Shown: positions 1-11,289 of the stretch, one piece after another
Position numbering within the stretch: position 1 is the first letter of the stretch
Layout of the letters: the number at the start of each line of letters is the position of its first letter
From: Amphiscolops sp. MND2022
Lineage: Eukaryota
Assembly: GCA_964187785.1 (NCBI GenBank)
Contig: OZ076413.1
Span: 46,502,001 to 46,566,000, forward strand
DNA: 64,000 nucleotides
Direction: 5' to 3'
Notes under the pieces: generated by a model
Told to the model about the DNA's origin: nothing
The model's input: only the letters and a program-made list of their open reading frames with translations
Databases searched by the model: none
Made by a program: the position numbers and the translations under genes

Positions 1-256
1 TAATCAAAATACATCAATTAATTGCCAAAACAAGAGTGGATAAAGCGGTCAAAAATTTAAAAAATAAATTTAAAAATTTCAAAATAGATGTGAACTACAT
101 GAAATTCTAAAGAGCTTTTTTTCTCTGATGTTTTTCAAAATCTTTGACCGATTTCGAGAACATCGCGCCTGAAATCGCCCGGGGGACGTTTTACTAATCA
201 CGGTATTGTATTGTTCGCTAACGAGAAGCCAGCAATAAGCGCTCTGATTGGTTGAA

Positions 257-433
257 AATAGCAACGCGGAGTGATTTGAGGGAATAATAGCAATGAAATA
301 GCAACGCGATGTGATTTCGAGTAAATCCAGTGAAATAGCAACGCGATGTGACTTCGGTCAACTCTAAGTGGAATAGCAACGCGATGTGATTTCGAGCAAC
401 TCCAAGTGGAATAGCAACGCCATGTGATTTCGA
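257..433. repeat. Minisatellite, ~5 copies of a ~38-bp unit (core AATAGCAACGCGATGTGATTTCGAG)
   Basis: Core recurs at ~257, 297, 334, 372, 410, with an isolated copy at ~835. Confidence 0.9.
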
Positions 434-888
434 GTACAGTAGTGTTCTGAAGTATCGCAACTCCATTTCTTGAAATTGCGAGTTTCAAATCCAAATATCT
501 TTGAGACTGTCACAAATACAAAAAACTGTCAGCTACAAAAGTTTCTTAGAATTTTATTTAGTTTACAAAATTGTTTGTTTGAAATTTCTGCGACGAAAAT
601 TACGAAAGTTAGAAATTGGAATTTTTGACAAATTTTCATCAAATTTCCACAATTTCTTGGTTTTCACGAAGTTGAAAAAATTGTTTTAAAAAATTTTTAG
701 TTGATCATTTGCCCCCAAATGTCCTGAGGATGCTGATATGATTTGATGGAAAAAAATTTTCGATATCAAATAAAAATCAGCAATTTTCTAAATGCAATTC
801 TTATAGCCTATCTTTAATTGTAATTTCAATGAAAAAGCAACGCCGTGTGATTTCGATTTTTGTCAAATGTCAACGCCACTTTTTTCCG

Positions 889-1440
889 TGAAATTACTTT
901 GTAAATGCGAGAAATTTCGCTAATGCATTTATGATATCGTCATTCTGCAGCATTTCTCAAAATGATAGAATTTATTCCAAAAATTAAACTGAAATAATTT
1001 TAATTAGGACCTTGAAATAGTTGTTGAGTATTTCTTTTGTTTCATTTTACTCTTTTGCGTGAAGGGGGGGTGGTTTTGTGAATAGATGAATGAATTACTT
1101 TGTAAATGCGAGAAATTTCGCTAATGCATTTACGATATCTTCATTCTGCAGCCTCTCTGAAAATGATAGCATATTCCAAAAAATAAACTGAAATAATTTT
1201 GATTAGGACCTTGAAATCGTTGTTGAGTATTTCTTTTGTTTCATTTTACTCTTTTGCGTGAAGGGGGGGGTGGTTTTGTGAATTGATGAATGAATTACTT
1301 TGTAAATGCGAGAAATTTCGCTAATGCATTTACGATCTCTTCATTCTGCAGCCTTTCTGAAATTGGTAGCATTTATTCCAAAAAATAAAACTGAAATAAT
1401 TTTGATTAGGATCTTGAAATCGTTGTTGAGTATTTATTTT
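889..1440. repeat. Tandem repeat, ~2.7 copies of a ~200-bp unit
   Basis: AATTACTTTGTAAATGCGAGAAATTTCGCTAATGCATTTA starts at ~891, ~1093 and ~1293 with conserved downstream sequence. Confidence 0.92.
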
Positions 1441-1846
1441 GTATGTACTTTGCTGTTGTTCGCACTACCATCTACACTATCATTCTTTGAAGTATTGGAT
1501 ATAGGACGACACAAAGTAGTGAAATTCAGAACGTGATAGCTTGGTTGGTAGCGCGAAAAGCTGGGGTAGAATAGGTACGCTGATGAAGCCGCAGTTGACG
1601 TCGGTTTTTGTTTGTTTTCATTCACTTTTGTTAGTTCATCTCTTGAAATTCTTGGCACGATCTTGCAAAATCTTACAAATTCGTGGATTCCTTGGTAAGA
1701 ATCTTGGCAAATTTCTTACCAAGAATATCCAAGATTCTCATCAAGAGTTGCAAGAGGTTTTACACCGGGCTACCTGTCAAACTTTTTCAGTCAAATTCAA
1801 ACATGCGAACTCATGCCGAGCGTGAAAAATTAAAACATCCTCCAGG

Positions 1847-2590
1847 CAGGGATGCCTAAAATTTAGTTGCCCTCCATTTTTCGCAATTTTTAGCTGCAAT
1901 TCAATAATGGAAATGAAAAGAGGGGGTCCCTCAATTTTTCCATTAATGGCCATTAATGGAAAATTTATTTTATTTAATCATAAAATAAAAACAATTTAAA
2001 CTAGGATGAAAAATCGAATACTCCCAAGAACTAGAGACCGATTAGAAGCGAATCGGCCATTTACCGCAGTCCGTTGTAAATATTGAAACACGAGTGAAAA
2101 AATAACAACTAATAGTGTTTGAGATGTGTATATAAACATAAACATGGGAGGTGAAAAAAGCGGAAGCCAGCTTTTCTCTGATTGGCTGATCAGTATTCAA
2201 ATTCAACGTTCTGTGTGTTACATGTAGAGCACNNNNNNNNNNNNNNNNNNNNNNNNNNNNNNNNNNNNNNNNNNNNNNNNNNNNNNNNNNNNNNNNNNNN
2301 NNNNNNNNNNNNNNNNNNNNNNNNNNNNNNNNNNNNNNNNNNNNNNNNNNNNNNNNNNNNNNNNNNNNNNNNNNNNNNNNNNNNNNNNNNNNNNNNNNNN
2401 NNNNNNNNNNNNNNNNNNNNNNNNNNNNNNNNAAGTAGACTGCATCTTTGCACAAAAATGCGTTCGTAAATATTTCGACACAAAAAGTGGCAGTAATGCA
2501 ATTAATGGCATACCTTCCCTCCGTTTTTCCATTTTTGTATATGCCTGCAATCCATTATTGGAAATGGCTATTAATTTTTAGGCACCCCTG
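1847..2590. mobile_element. Non-autonomous hAT-like TIR element (spans the assembly gap)
   Basis: TIRs CAGGGATGCCTAAAA / TTTTAGGCACCCCTG; 8-bp flanks CCTCCAGG vs GCTTCAGG (6/8, a decayed TSD); CAGGG ends with an 8-bp TSD are typical of hAT. Confidence 0.7.
2233..2432. other. Assembly gap (200 N)
   Basis: Run of N. Confidence 1.
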
Positions 2591-3284
2591 GCTTCAGGCG
2601 ATAAAATTTGAGCTTGCGCCACTTGTTTGCTTGAATAAAATTATAGTGATACTTGCTCATTAAAATCCCTATTTTGGATTTGCAATGCCTTCTCGCGAAA
2701 TCAGTAATCTTGTGCATCAGAAATCAATGGACATATGGTCGTATGCCAAAAATGGGGAAAGTTTCATGGAACTGAAGAATTTGTTAGAAATGACTACAAT
2801 AAACCGAAAAAAAATCCGATGGATTGGCGTTCCAAACGCACTCCAAGAGATCAAATCATTATTCAATTGAAATCCATATTGCTACATTTGAGAAAATGAA
2901 AACGAAAGTAACCACGAAAGCTGTGGAATAGTTGTATTTTTGATGTTTCTATTCGCTTTAAGCACTGTGTCCTTACTCGTCGAGGATTAGATTTTATCGA
3001 AGTGTGTAATAGAATAGTTTTGAAGCCCGAACAAAAAAAACCGAAAGAGTGCAAACTGTTTCAAAAAGGATCACAGATCGATTTGACTGCAAAAAAACTC
3101 GTTTTCTAAAGCAAAAAAGTTTAACTTGGATTGCGCGGATATTTGGGGCACATGGTATGGGAACAATTACGTACTTCAACAGGACAATTACAGCATTCAC
3201 GCAGCCAACATAAAACACTTTTATTGACAAAACACGAATTCCAACAGAGTGGCCCAGTAGGTGCCATGATCTTAATGTAATTGG

Positions 3285-4005
3285 AACAAGCCGGGACCGG
3301 CCCAAGTCGGCGCCATATCCGAGGCTCAAAAATAGTGAAAGGACTTCCAAGTGTCAATTTACAGTACTCGAAAATCGAAAAACCAAAAAAAATGGACCGA
3401 GTGGCGCGCCGGGGCCCGCTAGCGCGAGCCCTTGATGCGCTAAAAGGAGCGGACACTTCCGAAATTGTCAACACTTTTGTCGCAGTTGAAGGCGGCCCTT
3501 TGGAGAAAAAAAACAAATTTTCGAAAAATCTCACAAGGCCGAAAAACTGAAAGGTGGACCCTTTGGGGTTTTTCAACATCCATTCTGTCGCAAAACATCA
3601 AAAAATTGAAAGGGGGAATAATTTTTATTCTCGAAAAAAAATCTCACAATGCCGAAAAAAACTGAAAGGGGGGACTCTTTGAGATTTTTCAACATCCATT
3701 CTGTCGCAAAATAGCAAACAAAGTGAAGGGGACCCATTGGGGAAAACATTTTTTTCGAAAAAAAGTCTCACAGTGCCGAAAAAAAATGAAAAGGGGGACC
3801 CTTTGGTCTCGCCCGGAATGGTATGTTACGCGGGAAAACAGGAAAAATCTTTTTGGTTCAGTTCGCTAGGGCAAATGGTGCAATTTGGTGCAATAATATT
3901 TTGTAGAACTTTTAAGAACTATTTTGGTCAGTTCGTGTGGATTGAATAAGAAAAGAAAAGCCACTATAATAGTCGCGTTCCCCTTCTTGAAGCGCCGACT
4001 AAAAA
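3285..4005 (-). mobile_element. DINE-1/HINE-like (Helentron-associated) non-autonomous element
   Basis: Minus strand begins with a T-run + AGTCGGCGC and ends GGCGCCGACT (sub-terminal IR) + short hairpin GCCGGTCCCGGC + TTGTT; internal degenerate tandem subrepeats. Confidence 0.7.
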
Positions 4006-4722
4006 TGTGGGTTATGATCTCGTCGCGATTGTAGCGTTCAGCACAAAACCATAGCAAACCTGGAAGACCGAGCTGACAAAGCGGTAAAGGCGAATAATCT
4101 GCATGATACGGAGGAACGGAAAACCTTATTCAGACCTATGCCATCTGAATGTGTCAAGTTCTTACTAAAAATGTTCAAAAGGTCAAATATTAGATTATTT
4201 TCAGCATTATTGAGGTTTATCTCGAATCGGCTGAAACATTTGTCACTTTTTTGTCTTGATGTTCAAAAGCTCGTGAACAAGGTGTTCTGAAATAGTTTGA
4301 CTTATACTGTTATCTCCAAAAATTCTCTGCAATTTTTTGTCAGGATAACTTACGCCATTCAACCAGAGTTGTTCGTCTTTCTTGATCAAACTCCGCAATG
4401 ATGCACAGCGAAGGTTTCTTCTCTTGTTTCCTGGAGGGTCTGCGTATGAGGTATTATAACCAGGTTAAAAATGGCTGTGTTGAAGGTCGAAACACTGTGT
4501 TGAAAGTGTTTTTGAGTCTTTTCAGCTGTAGAAATGACTCAAAAACACACACAATGCTTTTTTAAAGTTGTCATATCGTACTCGGCGGCTAAGTCAAGTC
4601 ATATTACATCTAGTACATTCAGAAAACAAATAATCTTTGCCCAAAAAATGTCCACTCAGTGTTTTACCGACACTCGGTCAGAAAGAGTACACTCAGTGAA
4701 CCAAAAAAAACTGACATGCCAA

Positions 4723-5883
4723 CCCATGTTGAGCTTTCCTTGAGAATCTGTAAAGATCTGTGAGCCATTTTTTCTTGAGGATCTGTAAAGATCGTGCCAC
4801 TGCTACGTAAGGACAACTGCAGATCTGCAAGGATCTTTACAGATGTTCAAAGATTTTCTGTACAGATTTCTCAGGAAAATTTTTCCGGAACTTCTAGTGA
4901 AACTATGTATTTCATTTTTTAGCTTCTTCAGTAGATATTTTTGCTGACCAAGGCTCAGTCAGTTGAAACTCTCCATCACTCAAAATTCTTGAGCAGGATA
5001 TCTTGTCCCCATCACGGTAATTTTGGTGTCTGGGTAATGTTCGGTGTTGGTTATACACTATAATTTATCCATTTCACTTGAACTTTCCAGAAGTGGTTTT
5101 TCAACTTTGAGAGGCTCGTTTGCCATATTGACTTCGTTTTGACGGATGAAATTTGACATGTGACAACCTTCTGGGTTGGTAAATGTGTTGATAGAGTGCT
5201 GTGGTGTTAATATTTCGGAAACATAATTTGCTGGAATAGTTTTAGTAATTGCTGGTGACTCGGAATACGTTATAGTAATTTATTGGTATGGTTAATTGTC
5301 GCAGGCTGCCGCCTGTGATGGCATCAAATACACGACTTCGACTATTGATCAAGACGTCGCGTCTGGAACTCTGCCTATTTATTAGAACATGAACCGATAG
5401 AACTAAACAGTATATCTAAACAGTATATATACAATCAAAACAGTATATCTTAATTGGTTAGACCATGTTGAAATATTGTTGCTACATTTATATTACTATT
5501 AATCTTTTAAAAACGTTTCGACACAAAAAGGTGGTCTGAGAGTCCGGAAATGAATTCCGAAGAAACTTATAGTGTGAAAACTAAGAAAAATACTAGATCT
5601 GAGCAACGTAATGATTACCAGAATGGTAGTCAACCTAATCTACGTGCTTATGACATTAATTTTCAACAAATCCTGGAATATCTGCAAGGATCTGTACAGA
5701 TTCGCACAGAAACTTTTTCAAAACTTCAAATAAGAGGTGTGTTTTTTTCGTAGAGCACTTTTTAACCAACTAATTTCTTTTTCGAAAACTGAATTTATGA
5801 CTATTCAATTTTCGAACAATCCTAGAATATCTGTCAGGATCTGTGCAGATCTGTACAGATTCGCAGGGAGTGCTCAACATGGG
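4723..5883. mobile_element. Non-autonomous TIR element with ~38-bp imperfect TIRs (CCC termini)
   Basis: CCCATGTTGAGCTTTCCTTGAGAATCTGTAAAGATCTG vs reverse complement of CAGATCTGTACAGATTCGCAGGGAGTGCTCAACATGGG; subterminal GATCTG repeats; no clear TSD. Confidence 0.7.
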
Positions 5884-5970
5884 AAAACATGAAATTGTTA
5901 AACGACGGCATACACCGAGAGTCGTCAAAAACATTAAAATCAGTTTCATATACACTAGTGGTTTTTAACT

Positions 5971-6912
5971 TGTTAAGAAGATGGCACGACTGGCTTAACC
6001 AGTCGTCATACATTTACCATTTAAATGCAGTTCGAAATATTTCACATCCTTCACAGCGTAATTATTAAAGCATCGATTTGTGCATTCAGTAGTCATATTA
6101 TCCATCATTTTGTTACAGCACAAATACAAGGTTAACACCCACGAACTTCAGTCGTCATTAGTATAGGGAGCATTGTTCCATACATGTAGAAACTTAAACC
6201 AAAGATTTGTAAAAGTTCTGGAATTATGCGCACGACTACAATCTTTAGTCATCAATTAGTACGTGCTGTGAAAGTTAGCAAACAATTATGTACACCATCG
6301 TTGTAGCAGGTGCGGAAGTATAACTACAGTGATTAACAACGACTGAAGTAACCAGTCTTGCAGTAGAACATGGTGTTATAATTGGCAGCTTTACTACTAC
6401 CAACCAAAAAGTCGTACTTAGTCAGGAGATACCAACGCGCATTTAATGATTTGAAGTAACAATTGCGCAATAAGTATTGATTAGTAGGAAAGTCGTAACT
6501 CTTACAATTCGTGAACTGACATTCAACCCAAACCTTATTACATCACTGAACCATTCACCAAAACTCAACGTATCAAGAAAACTATTTCATCTCTGTGGTA
6601 TTCACAAGATCTCAGTCTAACAGAATTAACAGAACTGAACAAGTAGAAATGGAAACTCTTAGTGATGACGAAAGCAAAGCTGGTCTCCCTGATCTTTACT
6701 CGAGAAACCATTTTACTGAAAGTAACGAAGAATCTATCCGCACTCATGGAAGGGATCATTAGAGGATTAGGATAGAACAGAGGTTTATGGACATGAATCG
6801 TCATTTTGGAGAATTGGCAAGTATTGTGAAAGCCCTTGCTGAAAAGAAGTGTAACAGTAGGGATGAGAACGGTAGAAACGTCCAAATTGTTGGGACGTCA
6901 CTTCGTTCTGAC
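5971..6912 (+). mobile_element. Probable solo LTR containing a gag-like N-terminal fragment
   Basis: Starts TGTTAAGAAG, ends CTTCGTTCTGAC; 6595-6912 reads VFTRSQ...RIEQRFMDMNRHFGELASIVKALAEK...GTSLRSD with one stop, resembling a gag N-terminus; no TSD seen. Confidence 0.45.
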
Positions 6913-7031
6913 TAGAGGCAATTCAGAAAGTTGACGTTCCACTTGAGCTTTAAAAACATCAAACTATATTAAAGACCCTGGAAAATGTTTGTTGTAAATT
7001 CTGGTAATACTCAACTGCCGAACGGGAACTG

Positions 7032-7522
7032 AAGACGGGAACGTCCCAACTCGGCGCCATATCTAAAGTTCAAAAATATTCAAGGAACTATTATTGGAAA
7101 CATTGGGAAATTTTTTTTCAAAAAAAGGTATGTATTTTTTTAAAAAAGTGACACAATGCCGAAAAACTCAAAAAAGGCCATTTAAGGCTCATTAAACGTT
7201 TTCGCAAACCGAAAATATCAAAAAACGTACAATGGGTACCCTTCGGTAGAATTCGAAAATTTTCGAAAAAAAAGTTGCATAGTCCCGAAAAAACCCAAAA
7301 TGGGGACCAATTGTTCTCGCCTCTACTTTTGGAAGCTTAAAAAAATTGTGGTTTAGTGCACGAATCGAACCGTTGATTTCCTGCTTCTCAGAAAATTATT
7401 TGAACAAATGAACAAAAGGTTCTAAAAAAATTGACCACTCAGAGTGAGATTGTCAACTGAAAAAAATTACTCAATATAATAGTCGGGTTTTTTTCCTCAA
7501 GGGAAAAGGCGCCGACTAAAAA
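7032..7522 (-). mobile_element. DINE-1/HINE-like element, related subfamily
   Basis: Same termini as 3285-4005: GACGGGAACGTCCCAACTCGGCGCCATATC ... TATAATAGTCG ... GGCGCCGACTAAAAA. Confidence 0.65.
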
Positions 7523-8673
7523 GCAGAAAAGTAATTTTCCACAAGTTTTTGGGAGAGAAGACTTGAAAGGTTGTTATAATCAATCTTATTTATATCAGTA
7601 CTCTTGCTCGAAGCAATCCACCAATCGCAGGGTGTTACCGTTTGAAACGAAATTGCTGCCTTTGATACCTTTTGCACATCTGGTTATCAGTGGTTTATGC
7701 GTGGTGCAAAGGTCGGTTGAAACGTTTGATTTGAGTTTGATTTGAGTTTTAGAGCTACAAATTACAGTTAAATTACAGGTTTACAATTTAAAACCAACAT
7801 TAATTCGTTATGAGGTACTTCAAAGGCTCGTAAAGAATTTAAGGACGCTTATAAGCACTGCGCATCTTGAAGCCACTATGAAAGCAGTGTCGCAGAGTAA
7901 GTATAGCTTAGTCAAAACAAATTAAATACCAGCGAATTTGGTGGGGGGCACAGCGTAGGAGCTGCAGGGTCACGTCATGATTTTCGAAAGACCGTTCTTT
8001 GATGAAGAAAACATCTTGCTATATTCGGAGCGTTATGATCAGTCATATAAAATTGTGTGTAAGTTCTCTTTCTCGATTTCATTTGGTGCACCAGAGGCAA
8101 AATCTCTACCCCAGAAAGATCTTTTCAATTTGTTTACCAGTTTTGGATAATTTATCCTCTCAGATTTTTAGATTCCATAAATTCAGCAAATTGTCTGAAA
8201 GTCAGTGGTGTTTCTGTGCCAGAAACATTCTAAAGAAAGTAATAATCGCAAGTTTTCCACCGCGAAAACAATAACAATCTTGAACCATGTAAACCGAAGG
8301 ATTGTTACTTTTCGACCCTGGTACTTCAAAACCGGTTGATGATTTTCAAAATCGAAACATATTCATTAATACATATTCATGCATGGTTTCAGTAGATTTT
8401 GGGAGTTAATTGAGAAACTTACCGAGAACGATGTGGGTAAAATTGCCAAAAATGAAAAAAACGGCATGAAGACTAATTTTTGTGCTTAAAATTTTATTAC
8501 TTGAATTAAACAATATTTTTCTCAGGAGCTTTTGAAAACACAAATGTAAAGTGGATGCATTTCTAGAAAGCTTCTGTTTGATGTTTTTCAAATTTTTCTG
8601 CCGGGGACACAATAATTACAGTATCGTGTGCTGTACAAACGTTCAAGTCTTTCCGTGAATAGCCCAGCGAAGA

Positions 8674-10391
8674 GAGATGTCTTCGAAATCTTGCTCTGAC
8701 AACTGAAGGTTTTCATCATTAGATAGACTCGCTACTTCTACATCTGAATGACTAATTGTAGGCTCACTTAGTAATTTACGCTTGTTGGTATTTTCTGGCA
8801 TATTTCAGATGAAAACACGTTCCAGGTAAAAGCTTAATTAAAGTGAAAATTCTTCAGAACCAGGAAACAATCAAGTTTACCGACTGACGAAATACTGGTC
8901 GGAATGACAGCAATACGAATAAAAGGTGAGAATTTATCAAAGTGGAAACTTCAAAGTTGGGTTGAGTTAAACAAATTAAAAACAATTGCTCAATCAAGTA
9001 TACTCGCAGTTTGGAAAAATATTATGTCTTTTCCTAATTCCGCTCCAGGTATAAACACTTTACGCTAGACACGCAGAGGAAACTCCGCGCGTGAAACCAC
9101 ACTTCGTCCAACCCGGCGTGCTCTCCGAAGCGGGGAAATCCAAATAAGCTAAACTTTCTTGGTTTTCGTCATTCGATTCGGCTTCATCTCATTTTCAAGG
9201 AAAAGTGGGAATCCACTTCCTGCCGCTTCCCAATGCCGCGTCCCTTTCTTCTTCTTCATTTACCGCCTCTTCAAGACGCCGAAGCTGAGGTTGGCACTGA
9301 AATTCATGAACCTAGCAACTGAAGCCGGAAAAAATGAGATTTTCCTCGATAGAATTGAGACTTTAAGCAAATTATAACAAACTGCACTAAATAGGGAAAG
9401 TAATATTTCAACAATTACTAATTATACTCGTTAAGCACTAACAATTAGTACTAGAGCAGCACATTAACAGATAAACACGTGGCTGAATACCAGGCTACAC
9501 TATCGGTTCGAAAGCACCGGGACTAGTGGTCAGATTAATGCCACAAATCATTAACAGTAGGAGGGAGTATTACACGATTAGAGTGACTTCAACAAGCAAA
9601 ATATTTCACTTGAACGGTAGTTAGGATTAGGAAAACAACAGATAACACTTGTTACTTGAATTGTAATTCAAAAAAGAATGCTTTATTCAACAAAATCAAA
9701 ACTGTTGTCCCGGCGGTCTTCCCAGGTGGGGGGTTATGGTTAAACGTCCTGCCGGGTGGCACAGATACTGAGGTCGGTACATCAACAAACATACTTCTAT
9801 ACCTCATTAATATTGTTCTTTCCATTTCTTAGGGCGTTTCCCGGTAGTTTAAGTTCTTTTGGGTTTCGCATTTATATTATTCTAGCACAAAGCTTCATTT
9901 AATTACAATCGCACTTTGGTTGTTTCAACCGGGTGGCACAGTGCGCGTCCCAGCTCTAATTGACTGTTGAGTTGGCTGGGACGGCAGCTCAGCTAGCACC
10001 ATGAATTTGCGCTAAGCGCTGATTGGTTAATTGGTGAAGGAATGAAAATTGATTTACTTAGCTCCGTTGTTATTGTTGCAAAATGCTGGTCGATGCGTTG
10101 GTTGAATTAATTTCAATCAGCGCGCCGGTCGTTTTACTGTAAACAAATCACACTCAATGCATATTAGTATTAATTAATTATTCGCTTCTTTGGTATTTTA
10201 GGTACTGCACTGGGATTAATAATTATACTATTATTGCACTTACATGGTTGCTAAGTAGTTTTGAATGTTCGTTTTTTGGTTGTTTCTTTCAGGTTTGTGA
10301 TGTTTTATTTGTCTCTTTCTGGGCAATTTCTCCATTCTTCCCTCTGGCGTTCTCTCTGGGTTTAGTTTTCCACAGCTCTGTGGGGGCTCGG
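8674..10391 (-). repeat. 3' LTR of element 1 (distal end truncated at ~8674)
   Basis: Colinear diverged copy of 21935-23641, including the gag start MPENTNKRK... at 8801; preceded on minus by AAGGCCGGGGAC (10392-10403, PPT-like). Confidence 0.85.
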
Positions 10392-10577
10392 ATAGTCCCC
10401 GGCCTTGATTAGGGACGTCCACTATGGGAAGAAGTGGTGAAATTATTCTGAAGGGCGATGAAATTGTGGGGTGGAAAACAGATTGTGTCATTGAATCATA
10501 AGATAACCAGGACGAATCAGTCGTCCAGTCGCTTCCCGAAAGGCAACCAATTGAGCTATTGTTACTGGATACTGGGC

Positions 10578-10994
10578 TTATTGTTCGTCATTGGGACTAT
10601 GTAGCCAGCTATTCATGTTCTTGTATCTTCGCGGTGGGCTCATAATTATATCGTCCGGTATCATCGCGTTAATAGTAGTTAATCTTCTGATTGGTAGTGT
10701 GTCTTCTTGCGCTGTTGTTAATATGGATACTGGTGCTGATTCATGGTAAAGAACGATGTGTTCGTTTCCCGTGTTGATAATCTCGTATACGTCCGGAATA
10801 ATAGGTGATTGCGCGTTATTGTTGTGGTTGTTTAGGTTGCGCGTCTTAGATTTTGAATGAGCAGTGGGGGTATTGAAGAAAGCATCTTGATTGCGATCTA
10901 GAATGAAACAATCGCCTGACATATTGAAATCTAATGAAGTCAATGTTTTGGCGATGAAGGTAAGCAGCTGCGATAATGCAACTAGTAATTGCAA
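10578..10994 (-). CDS. Small unknown ORF upstream of the PPT of element 1
   Basis: 138-aa open frame on the element's sense strand; no recognised motif. Confidence 0.3.
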   Translation of the reverse strand: MQLLVALSQLLTFIAKTLTSLDFNMSGDCFILDRNQDAFFNTPTAHSKSKTRNLNNHNNNAQSPIIPDVYEIINTGNEHIVLYHESAPVSILTTAQEDTLPIRRLTTINAMIPDDIIMSPPRRYKNMNSWLHSPNDEQ

Positions 10995-11289
10995 GTAATG
11001 CTAAGCGACTGTTTCAGGAATAGCTGAGTAATTGATTGATAATTCTATTCCTTTCTTAGATGTTCTTGCCGCTTGCGTGGTTGGGAAAATTTTCAGCTTG
11101 GAGACTGGTTGACTTCCATTACGTCATAACTATAGTTGATAGAAGTTTTCTCGTTGGTTTTACGCCATGTCTTGGTGGTTTTACGCCATGTCCACGGTTG
11201 GAGTAGTGGAGAGCGAGGGGGAAGCAGTGGTAAGTTGGGGAGGAACACAATTGAGTCAGGATGAGGACAGTGGAGAAGAGTCACGTTTA

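Noticed and set aside
257..433. CRISPR-like repeat/spacer pattern
   Set aside because: Spacers are only ~13 bp and related to each other; no cas genes; eukaryotic context
2042..2550. ORFs spanning the N run
   Set aside because: Artefacts of the assembly gap
3121..3949. ORFs in the HINE-like repeat
   Set aside because: Low-complexity translations of noncoding subrepeats
4200..4530. Possible host exons (minus-strand CAG and GTAAGT sites)
   Set aside because: Frames contain stops and no recognisable product; not supportable
7350..7390. tRNA gene
   Set aside because: Only a B-box-like motif; no cloverleaf could be traced
10381..10390. tRNA-Pro PBS TGGGGGCTCG on plus strand
   Set aside because: Wrong strand for the element, lies within the LTR edge, and is not conserved in the other LTR
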